The position numbers and the translations under genes were made by a program. From Isurus oxyrinchus (taxonomy: Eukaryota): a stretch of 64,000 bases of DNA. This document shows positions 50,240 to 61,574 of this stretch, piece after piece. The notes beneath the pieces are model-generated. The model searched no databases. It had not been told where the DNA came from and saw only the letters and a list, made by a program, of their open reading frames with translations. The stretch covers positions 77,252,001 to 77,316,000 of the forward strand of contig JANJGN010000014.1 in the NCBI GenBank assembly GCA_026770705.1, written 5' to 3'. Numbering within the stretch: position 1 is the stretch's first letter; every line of letters starts with the position of its first letter.

Positions 50240-51300
50240 ATGGACCTCATCCAGCCAGGCTTCGGGGCATCCCTTGAAGAGAAAGAACAGCAATTGAGAG
50301 GGAGGGAAGTCCAAGCACTGCAAATGGGACATCAGCAACGTTAGGATCAGCAAGTGGGCCAGCCTTGTGGTGGGCATACCAGAGAAGGGTGCAGAGGAGC
50401 AAACTAACAGCCTCATGTACAGAAGAGGCTACCATCCCAGGCTGAACCATATCCAGGTGTCCAAGTGGTCGTGTCAGCAAAAGCTGTGACTGTCCAGGGA
50501 GACAGTCACTGATCTCTGCACCATGTGGGTTGAGCTGAGACTCGTGGGGGTTGGCAAATGACAATGGCTCTGAACACCAGCGTAGTTTTAAACTTCTGTG
50601 CCTCCAGATATCTCCAAGGTTCGTCTTGGGACATGTGTGGGATCTGCCAGTCTGTGTCCCATCAGTACGTCAAGGAAATGACCAATGCCATGTTCAAGAG
50701 GGTGGTGACAATGTGTGTTACCAAACCATCCAGACAATCAAGCAGAGGTCCATTGGGTTTGGGGCTATCACTGTATTTCCCCAGGTAAAGGTGTCACTGA
50801 CTGAATGCATGTGGCCATCAAAATTTCCACTTACCAGCCAGTGGCCTTAATCAACAGAAAGGGTTTCCACTTGCTCATTGTTCAACTGGTCTGCGACCAC
50901 CAAAAGATTCTTCAGTTATGTACAGTTCTTGGAAAGCAGCCATGATGCATGCATACTTTGGCAGTCCCAGGTGCTGCAGCTTTTCCAGCTCTGACAGGCC
51001 TTGAGGGATGGATACTGGGAGACGAGGGCTAGCCACTGAGGACCTTTCCACTTATATCTGTGAGGAACCCATGCATAGATATAGACAAGTAGAACCTGAG
51101 CAACCAACAAGCAGGCTACTGGGCTTCTGAAGATGCAATTCAGCTGCCAAGACTGATCCGATGGAGCCCTTCAATATGCTGCAGCTAGGGTCTTAAGTAT
51201 TGTGGTGGTCTGCTGTGCTCTACAGAATCTGGGGCTGCAGATGGGGAGAAGGGTTGAACAATGAGGATCTTGCAGATCATGATACCTCCCCTGACCATGA
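50240..51300 (+). pseudogene. Harbinger (HARBI1-like, DDE_Tnp_4) transposase remnant
   Basis: Across frames: VLNFCASRYLQGSSWDMCGICQS, FPQVK, HVAIK, NRKGFH (50853-50870), VQLVCDH, SHDA.IL, WILGDEG*PL, GLLKMQF and VVVCCALQN; stops and frameshifts present. Confidence 0.88.
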
Positions 51301-51310
51301 GGATGTACGA

Positions 51311-53911
51311 GCAAACATCTGAACTAGGAGCAGAAGTAGCCATTCAGCCCCTCAAGCCGTTCCGCCATTCAATAAGAACATGGCTGATTTGTTTGTGTTT
51401 CGAATTCCACATTCCCATCTACCTCTGATAACTTATGATTCCCTTGCCTAACAGGAATCTATCTACCTTAAAAATACTCAATAACCCCGCCTCCACTACC
51501 TTCAGAGGCAGAGAGCTCCAAAGTCGCTCAATCTTCTGAGAGAAAAAAATTCTCCTCACCTCTGTCCCAAAAGGACAACTCCTAATTTTAAAACAGCGGC
51601 CCCTAGTTCTGGACTCACCCACAAGGGGAAACCCTTTCCACGTCCAACTGGTCAATACCGTTCAGGATTTTATATACTTAAATCAAATCACCCTTAACTC
51701 TTCTAAACTCGTGGAAAAAAACCCAGTCTGCCTAACCTTTCCTCATTAGACAACCTGCTCATTCCAGGTATCAATCTAGTAAACCTCCCCTGAACCACCT
51801 CCAACACATTTACATCCTTCCTTAAATAAGGAGACCAAAACTGCACACAATATTTGAGATATGGTCTCACCAATTTCCTGTATAACTGAAGAATAACATA
51901 CTTATTTTTATGTTCAATACCTCTTGTAATAAAGGATAGCATTCCATTTGCCTTTTTCATTACTTGCTGTACATACATACTAACTTTTTGTGACTCACGC
52001 ACTATAACACCTAGATCCCTTTGCAGCTCGGAATTCTGCAACCATTGTCCATTTATGTAATACTCTGCTTTTCTATTCTTCCTGTCAAAATGAATCACTT
52101 CACATTTTCCTACATTATACTCCATCTGCCAGATTTTTGCCCACTTGCTCAACCTATCTATATTCGTCTACAATCTCCTTATGTCCTCTTCACAAATTAC
52201 TTTCCTACCTATCTTTGTGTCATCTGCAAATTTAGCTATCATGTCTTCACTCCCCTTACCTAAATCATTGATATTAATTGTATGAAGTTGAGGCCCCTCC
52301 GGGACTCCAATCATCACGTCCTGCCAATCAGAAAAAGACCCATTTATGCATACTCTGTTTTCTGCCAGCCAGCCAATCTTCTATACATGCTAACATGTTA
52401 CCCCTACACCATGAGCTTTATTTTCCACCATAACCTTTGACATAGCACCTTATCAAATGCCTTCTGGAAATCCAAGTACTGTAAGTCTACAGACTCCCCG
52501 TTATCCACAGCATATGTTACTTCTTCAAAGAGCTCCAATAAATTGGTTAAGCATGATTTCCCTTTCACAAAACCATGTTGACGCTTCCCGATTACCTCGG
52601 GTTTCTCTAAGTGCCCGGCCATAACCTCCTTAATGATCGACTCTTTAACACCTTTCCCACGACAGACCTCAAGCCATCTGGCCTATAGTTTCCTGTTTTC
52701 TGCCTCCCTCCCTTCTTGAACACAGAGATTATATTTACTACTTTACAGTCTGATGGAACCTTTCCCGAATCTAGTAATGTTTGGAAAATTAACACCAACA
52801 CATCTACTACCTCATTAGCCACCTCTTTTAAGACATTTGGATGAAATCCATCAGGACCTGGAGACTTGTAATCCCACAGCTCCATCAGTTTGCTCAGTAA
52901 AACTTCCTTAGTAATTGTCATTTCACGAAGTTCCCCTCTCCCTTCCATCTCCTGATTTACAGCTATTACTGGAATGTTTTTTGTATCCTCTATAGTGAAG
53001 ACAGAATCAAAATATTTGTTCATTTCTTCTGCCACTTTCTTATTGTCTACTATTAACTCCCCACTGTCACTCTCTAGAGGACCAACACTCACTTTACTTG
53101 CTCTTTTCCTTTTCGAATATCTGTAAAATCTCTTGCCATCCATTTTTACATTTCTAGCTAGCTTCCTCTAATACCCTAATTTCTTTCTTCTGATTAACCT
53201 TTTAGTCATTCTCTGTCATTCTTTATTTTATGACCAATCATCTGACCAATATGACCAATCATCTTTGTTTTCCTTAATTTCTTTAGTTAACCACAGATGG
53301 AGGGTGGTCCCCTCAGAATTTTTCTTTATAGTAGAAATATACTTATTCAGAGAATTCTGAAATATCCTCTTAAATGTCTGCCACTGCTTCTCTATTGATT
53401 TATGCCCTAGCCTAGTATCACTTAGTTCACTTAGCTAGCCCAGATTTCCTGCCCAGATAGTTGTTCTTATTTAACTTTGAAATACTAGTCTTAGATCCAC
53501 TCTCCACTCTTTCAAATTGGATGTAAAATCCAATCATATTGTGGTTGCTGCTACCTAGGGGTACCTTCGCTCTGAGGTCAGTAATTAATACTGTCACTTT
53601 ACACAATGCCAAGTCTAATATAACCTGCTCTCTTGTTGGTTCCAGAATGTGATTCTCAAAAAAAACTATCTTGAAAGGACTCTATGAACTCTATCCAGGC
53701 TGCGACAGCCAATCTGATTTTTCCAGTTTATATGCAGATTAAAATCATCCATGATTATTGCTTTCCTCTACTATACCTCATCTCCACCCAAACCGATTCT
53801 ACATCCTGTTCTCCTGAACCAAAGTCATCTCTAGCTATTGCACCAGTGCCATCCTTGGACAACAGTGCTACCCCTCCACCTTTACCTCGCTTCTTATTCT
53901 TCTTGAATATC
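51311..53911 (-). mobile_element. CR1 LINE ORF2, 5'-truncated and decayed
   Basis: GKGGGVALL, KSPGPDGFHP, QHGFVKGKSCLTNLLE, LDFQKAFDKV, WQMEYNVGKCEV and 3' tail. Confidence 0.93.
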
Positions 53912-55174
53912 CCATTACCTGCCTCACTCATGGTCACATCTTCCTGTCCCTCACTGCTGACGAAAACATGGGAAGTGCTTATACGCTAATGTTTGTGACT
54001 CTAATGCCCTTTCAGAAATGTTCCAATAAAACCTTACATTTATGCAGTCCTGCTGTCGCCTCCTTCATTTTACACTTCACAGACCAGCGACGAGGTGCAC
54101 AGCACACAGAAACACAGTTGAGGCGCTGAATGGACACACCTCAGTCCATGCTTCAAGCCCATCGAGGAAGCCAGGCTGCAGAAAAGATCTCAAAGGCCTC
54201 ACGTTACATTGGGGGGAGGGGGTGGTGTTGCAGGGGGTATGTGCAGAATGCCACCTCTCTGCTACAAACAGAAGAAAGATGACTGCTAGTTTCCCCACAG
54301 AGACCAGCAGCAGAACTTATGTTGGTGGCAACCCAGCATTTCATGAAGAGGGCATACGAATGCCTTCCACATACTGCCACTCTCGAGGGACCATTCAGGG
54401 ATCAACATTTGCAGATGGGTACTTCTCAGTGCAATGCAGCTATGCCTCTGATAGGATAAGCTGCTTCCTGATCCCTTTGCCACTGACTGGATGGTCACTC
54501 AGTCTCCACCAAATGCAAGCCCCAAAGTTAAAAAGTTTCTGTACAGCTTCTTGTCTGCAGGCAACAGTGAATGCAGGACTGGCAGCCTTTAAATATGGCA
54601 CTAGGCAGTAGCTGTCGTATTATTTGATGCTGCCTTCGCTGCCTCGCTTCCTGCCTCTGCTGTTCAATTGGACGATCACACAGCTGGCCACTGATACCCC
54701 CAAACAGAAGCAGCAGTCCGATGCTGGGTCCTGCGGCCTTGTTGCAAAATTCAGCTGATAGATTTAGAATGGGAATTTAAGTTTGGGACCTATGGAATGC
54801 AGATTGACCGGAGTACTGGAGTGCAGCATCAATACCCTTAAACTTTTTTTATTTGACAGTACAGCTCAGCATTCTGTTCCCTTTGTTATTTACTGCTTGG
54901 TCATGGCAGGACATGGTAAATGTCATGCCTGCTGTGACCCCTAAATCTCTCTCAATTTCTGTCCTATGAATTTATCACTATTTATTATGTTTATAACCCA
55001 TTTTCTTTCAATGTGCAACACTTTACACTTCTCCTTAGTCTTGCTTGTCAATTTGACTAACACATTGGATTTCTGTTCTTGGCTCTACTACAATTCCATA
55101 ATAAGACTGGAATCTCTTATGAAATGAAACCAGCAGCTTTATTCATCATTTTGTATTGCTAGGACGGCAAGGCT

Positions 55175-55480
55175 TAACATAAGGAGTAGGAGTAGGCCAT
55201 TTGGCCCCTCATGCCTGCTCTGCCATCCAATAAAATCATGACTGATATAATCGTGGCCTCAACTCCACTTTCCTGTCTGCCCCATAACCCTTGACTCCCT
55301 TGTAGATCGAAGATCTGCCCTCTGGGGTAGAGATTAACAAATACACTGAGAGAAGAAATTGCTCCTTGTCTCTGCCTTAACTGGATGACTCCTTTTTCTG
55401 AAACTCTGCAAGATGATTCAGGATTTCCCCACAGGGGGAAAATAGCATTTACCCTGCCAAGCCCCTGGAATGAACCCCTA
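55175..55480 (-). mobile_element. CR1 3' tail fragment
   Basis: aacataaggagtaggagtaggccatttggcccctc tail signature. Confidence 0.75.
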
Positions 55481-56784
55481 CATGCAGTAGCTAACACATA
55501 AAACAAAATTACAATGCAGTAATGGTCTAGGGGATGAGTCTCTGATAGTTCTTGACATCTGATAAAATAAGAATTTCATTTTGCACCTAACTATTTATTG
55601 GAACAGTGATGCAAGTCTTTCCACTGATGTCAAAGAGAATTCTCTGATTACAAATCAGATAATACATATTTGCATTGCCATGACTGGACATCAAATTCTT
55701 GTACCAAAGAGACAGCCAAATTATGCCAATTTTAAAAAGAAAATTAGAATTACTCTAAGCTTATTGGAAATAAAGACAAATCTTGTTTTTTTCATTGGAC
55801 ACCTTTTCCCCAGCTGAATCCATTGCTGAGGCTGTAATTGATAATTTAGCAATGTAGTTCTGATCCTGTGTCTATTGCTTCTGCAGATGATGGAGTAGAA
55901 TTGAAAGATGATTTATTTGAATATTTTATGTTTATGTAACTATGACATTAGAGACAACTTAAAGTCAGATGCAAATATACGACTGTGTACCAGTCTGTAA
56001 ATGCATTGGAAACTTTAGTACCTGATCATCATATGCATGGTTTTGCACCAATTACAATACAGGGAAAATACATAGGGGTTTAGTCTGATGTAAAGTTTCC
56101 AAACATTTGGGATTCTGGATAAATGTTTTGTGTTCAGGCATAAAATTGAAGGTTTTTACAATTTTTTCCTCTTTCCAAATTCAACTTTATTCAGTGGAAT
56201 ATTGCAGCAATTATATCTTTTTGCCTTTGGATCATTTGTTTTTGTTTATGTACAAATTAACTATCTCCCGACAATTGTGTGCAATTCAGCTAAGCTTCGA
56301 TAATTCACCTATTATCACTAATATTTTCATGCCTTTGCATTTTCTTCTGGTGTAGATGGTGATGTGGTTATTCCTATTAAAGCAATTTGGTGATTAGCAA
56401 AATGTTGGGTAAACAAAAAAAATGAAGGGAATGTTGTCTCTTTCCGGGTTCTGTTTTGTGATATAGCCAGCTGCATCTGGTACCCCTTCATTTACTTCTA
56501 GTATTATGTGTAACAAGGTTTGTGACAGCAAGAAATTTGAATAATAATATTTATTGAATAATGAATTCCTGTTGTATTAAGGATTTATTATTGGCACTAA
56601 TTTCAGATTTGATTTGCGGGAATTGTCATTTTTACCTTCTAGTGACATGGTATTCCCAGGATTTATTTTTAGAGTTTCAACATCCACAACTCAATATTGC
56701 AGATCCTATAGCTTTACTTATTCAGTTTAGATCGTAGTTATAAGTTTGGATCTTCTACAAAAGAAGTCAAATGATGAAATAACA

Positions 56785-57225
56785 AACATACCTGGGATAA
56801 AGAACTTCAGTTATGAAGAGAGACAAGAGAAGCTGTGATTGTTTTATTTGTGTAGAGAAGGTTAAGGAGAAATTTAATAATGATGTTCAAATTTTTGAGG
56901 GATCTTGAGTGAATAGGAGAAATTGTTTCCAATAGCAGGAAGGACAGTAACTAGAAGACACAGATTTAAGAGAATTGTCAAAAGAACCAGAGGGACTGAA
57001 AAATTGTTCTAGGCACTGGGTTGTTACCTGGATGCACTGCCTGAAGGAATGTGGAAGTAGAATGTTTAGTAATGTTCCAAAAAGGAATTGAATAGACACT
57101 TGAAAAGGAAAAATTTGCAGGGATTTGTGGAAAGCAAGAGAGTGAAACTAATTGGATAGTCTTTCAAAATGTAAACAATGGACCAAATAGGCTCTTTCTG
57201 TGCTCTATTATTCTATGATTCTACC
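56785..57225 (+). mobile_element. CR1 3' fragment
   Basis: Decayed C-terminus, ending ttctatgattct. Confidence 0.75.
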
Positions 57226-57489
57226 TAGCCATACACATATATGTATCTCAGTTTAATAATCATGAAATGTGAAAAAGAAAAACATGAAAAGTATTTCAAA
57301 TATGATTTAATTTCAAAATATTTTTTGAATACACCCAAGATCATCTATGCTTCACTGTAAATTTTACTCCTAAGGAGTTTAAGTGTGTTAATTTTCTGGC
57401 TTTGTAGCTGTAACGTACAGCAGAGGCGAGGTATAATCACCAAATACTGATGCGACTGCAACTTGCAGGTACTCCTACTAGAAGGTCTG

Positions 57490-58010
57490 TAATCATGGTA
57501 TGTCATGCTCGTCTGTCTTGCAGCATCCTCACACATTCATTGTAGCTTGTCTGCAACCCCTCTGTGATGTCCATCATCCAGCTACGCCAAGGTCAACCCT
57601 TCTTTCCGTTGCCCTCCACATTTCCCTCCAGAAGAGAATTCTGTAGCTTTTCAGCTCTGATCAAATGGGTGAAATACTGACATTTTCTTCCTGGATGTCA
57701 CCTTTTAGAGTTCTTTTTGTACTTTCAATTTCAAGAACCTCTTCATTTGTCTTATGGTCTCTATATGGAATTTTTAGCATTTATCTTAGTATTCTCATTT
57801 CAAAACCCTCTATTTTCTTTCACAGATTTTTATTGTCCAGGTTTCTGAGGTTTATAGGAATAGCATCTTATGTGTTTTTCTCTTGTTACAAGCGTAAGTA
57901 TTCTTGTTATTATTGTATCCTTCATCTTCACAAAATTACTTTTGGCTATCTCTATCTTTCAACTCTGGCATCACACCAAATATAATCCCAAGAATATTGA
58001 TCCTTCCTCC
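57490..58010 (-). mobile_element. RTE-clade LINE C-terminal fragment
   Basis: Minus strand gives IEIAKSNFVKMK..SETWTI..GFEMRILR*MLKIPYRDHKTNEEVL..QYFTHLIR..LLEGNVEG..W..DI, typical of the RTE/BovB-like ORF end. Confidence 0.75.
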
Positions 58011-58044
58011 TAATGTTCAAAAATAAAGTTTTTAAATTGGTGAA

Positions 58045-58550
58045 GTAAAAGCAACTTATGAGGCAGTTCATTTGACTAATTCCTGGGATGAGGGGGTTAT
58101 CTTACGAGAAAAGGTTAGGCAGGTTGGGCTTGTGTCCACTGGAATTTAGAAGAATGAGAGGTGACCTTATTGAAACATATAAGATCCTGAGGGGGCTTGA
58201 CAGAATGCATGCTGAGAGGATATTTCCCTTTGTGGGATAGACTAGAACTAGGGGACACAGTTTAAAAATAGGTGGTCTCCCCTTTAAGACAGAGATGAGA
58301 AGAAACTTTTGCTCTCAGGGGGATGTATGTATGTGGAACTCTCCTCCCCAGAGAGTGGTAGAGGCTGGATCATTGAATATTTTTAAAGCAGAGGTACATA
58401 GATAAATTCTTGACTAAGAATGGAATCAAAGAGTATAGGGGATAGGCAAGAAAGTGGTGTTGGGTCCACAATCAGATCAGCCATGATCTTAGCAAAAGAC
58501 AGAGCAGGCTCAAGAGGCCAAATGGCCTACTGCTCCTAATTTGTATGTTA
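58045..58550 (+). mobile_element. CR1 3' fragment
   Basis: LIPGMRGLSYE..LEFRRMRGDLIETYKIL and tail. Confidence 0.85.
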
Positions 58551-59724
58551 ATGGGAGTCAGGCTGGGTATTAAAAATTAATGGCAAGTTGTAGTGAAGCA
58601 AAGATAAACTGAAGAGAGATGAAAAGAAATAATGCAGAATGCAGAAAGAGTGTGGTAACAGAATGAAATGTGATACAAATACTTTTAAAAATATAGGATT
58701 GGCAGTCAAATACAACTTGTACTTAAATCCACTGCACCAGTTGTAGAACCCAGCTTTACAACTATGATTCCTGTACAGTGAATTATAGATCTCAGTCATA
58801 CAGCAGAAAGTATCGCAGAATGGAAATTAATTATGCATTGAGTCTCCTTGGTTTACTTTCCCCTCATCCTTGCGTCACTAGTTCAAAAACAACATTGACT
58901 AAGTTCTAAGAACAAGCTACCAGCTCATTGGTTCACAGAGGCAATGGCGTATATTGGTTTGGGACCAGATGGATATAAAGTGGAGTAGGTTACAAAATTG
59001 TCAGAATTTAAAATTAAGTCTAAGAAAACATCCACTGAGATCCACGTGGTTAAGCCTCTTGAGTTATGCAGCTATAAGTTAGCTTGTACTTGCGCTGACC
59101 AAATGCTGCCACTGTGAAATTCGTAAGAATGATTCCAAAGTTCTATACTATCTCAATGGAAATCTTTAAGTTAACGAAATATGTATGAAAAAAACAAATA
59201 ATTGACAGATAAAGCTTAACAGATTTATGACTAGGAGATTTTCTAGCTGTTTTATATTAATAAAGCTTTTTCATGGAATGTTCAGCTATGATAAGCACAG
59301 AAACATAAAACTCTGAACAGATAATTAATCTACCTATGCACTTAAATTATAAAGTCATGGTTAAATGGTCTGAAATTATTTACTTTACGCAGTTTCAAGG
59401 CAATTACTCATTTCGAAAAAATGATACTAATATATTCACATAATTTATTAAGGATACATGTACTCAGCAATGAATATAATCGTGCAAAGACATTTTAATA
59501 TATATAGAGGATTCCCTTTGTTCTAGTGCAAATTAGAAGTTGAATGAGTTTAGATGGAAATCAGTAATAACTATGGAGCTAACCTTTAAATAAAGGCATT
59601 ACAGTAAAATACATAGTTCTTAGATAGTATTTACTTGGTATTTACCGCATAGCAACAGGCCATTCAGCCTGATAGGTCCACACCAGTGTTTATGCTTGAC
59701 CCACCCTTCTTCATCCAACTCTGT

Positions 59725-61570
59725 TAACATATGGAATAAAAGGGACAGTAGCAATGTGGATACAAAATTGGCTGAGTAGTAGGAAACAGCAAGTAATGTT
59801 TAATGGATAGTTTTCAGGCTGGAAGAAGATTTGTAGTAGAGTTCCCCAGGGGTCGGTATTAGGACCCTTGCTTTTCCTGATATATATTAATAATCTAGAT
59901 CTTGGTGTGCAGGAGACTATTTCAGAGTTTGTAGATGATATAAAACTTGGAAGCATCGAGGGGTGTTTTTGTGATTGGATGCCTGTGTCCAGTGGGGTTC
60001 CACAGGGATCAGTGTTGGGTTCCTTGCTGTTTGTGATATATATAAACAATTTAGACTTCAATGTAGGAGGGTTGATCATAAGTTCGCAGATGACATGAAA
60101 ATTGGTGGGGTGGTAAATAGTGAGGAGGATAGCCTTAGATTACAGGAGAATATAGACTGGCTGGTCAGATGGGCTGATCAGTGGCAAATGGAATTTAATC
60201 CAGATAAGTGTGAGGTGTTGCACTTGGGCAGGACAAACAAGGCATGGGAATACACGATGAATGGTAGGAATCTGGGAAGTACCGAGGATCGAGGGACCTT
60301 GGTGTACATGTCCACTGGTGCCTTAAGGTAGTGGGACAGGTAGATAAGGTGGTTAAGAAGGCATATGGGATACTTGCCTTTATTAGCCAAAACATAGAAT
60401 TTAAGAGCAGGAAGGTTATGCTGGAACTGTATAAAACGTTGGTTAGGCCACAGCTAGAGTATTGCATGCAGTTCTGGAGTCCGCATTATAGGAAGGATGT
60501 GATTGCACTAGAAAGAGTGCAGAGGAGATTTACCAGGGTGTTGCCAGGGCTGGAGAGTTTTAGTTATGTCGAGAGATTGGATAGGCTAGGGTTATTTTCC
60601 CTGGAGCAGAGGAGACTGAGGGAGGACATGATTGAGGTGTATGAAATTATGAGGGGCATAGATAGGGTAGACAGGAAGGAACTTTTCCCCTTGGTGGAGG
60701 GATCAATAACCAGGAGGCATAGATTTAAGGTAAGTGGCAGGAGGTTAGAGGAGATGTGAGGAAGAATTTTTTCACCCAGAGGGTGGTGCGAATCTGGAAC
60801 TCACTGCCTGAAAGGGTCGTAGAGGCAGAAACACTCATAACATTTAAGAAGTATTTGGATGCCATACATGGCTATGGGCCTAGTGCTGGAAAATGAGGTT
60901 AGAATAGTTTGGTACTTGTTTGACTGGTGCAGACTCGATGGGCTGAAGTGCCTTTTTCTGTGCTGTAGACCGCTATGACTCTATGACCCTATGACTCTAA
61001 GACTAGGTTATGCTGAACTTGTATAGGACACTAGTTCGACATCATCTGGAGTATAGTGTACAGTTCTGGGCACCACACTTTAGGGAGGAGTGAACACGTT
61101 GGAGAGAGTGCAAAAGAGATTTTAAAAATGGTTCCAGGGATGAGAAACTTCCGTTATGAAGATAGATTGGGGAAGTTGGGACTGTTCTCCTCGGAGAGGA
61201 GAAGGCTAAGAGGTGTTCAAAATCATGAGCAGGTTGATAGGGTGAAACTGTTCCCGCTCAGAAAAGGATTGAGAACGAGAGGGTACAGATTTAAAGTGAT
61301 TTGCAAAAGAAGCAAATGCGATGTGAGAAAAAACTTTTTCATACAGCGAGTGATTCAGGTTTGGAATGCACTGAAAGTGTGATGGAGGCAGGGTCAATCG
61401 AGGCATTCAAGAGGACATTAGATGGTTATTTAAATAGAAACAATGTGCAGGGTTACGAGGAAACGGCAGGAGAATGGCACTGAGCCATAATGCTTATTTG
61501 AAGAGCTAGCCCATACAAGATGGGCCAATTAGCCTCCTTCTGCACCATAACAATTCTCTGATTCTGTGAT
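59725..61570 (+). mobile_element. Two nested CR1 3' halves (59956-61000 inside 59725-61570)
   Basis: The VPQGSVLG motif occurs twice in tandem; inner copy ends (ctatga)n at ~61000, after which the outer copy resumes. Confidence 0.85.
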
Positions 61571-61574
61571 ATTC

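Larger units (their letters stand above)
49747..54757 (+). mobile_element. Decayed PIF/Harbinger transposon interrupted by a CR1
   Basis: Degenerate TIRs GGGTCAAAATTTT / AAAATTCAGCTG; the flanking L2 tail (49570-49746) resumes after 54757; contains a transposase remnant. Confidence 0.65.

Noticed and set aside
50240-51300. Domesticated HARBI1 gene
   Set aside because: Multiple stops and frameshifts, TIR-like ends and a CR1 interruption indicate a dead transposon.
54042-54611. 189-aa plus-strand ORF
   Set aside because: No recognisable domain; lies within the decayed Harbinger element.
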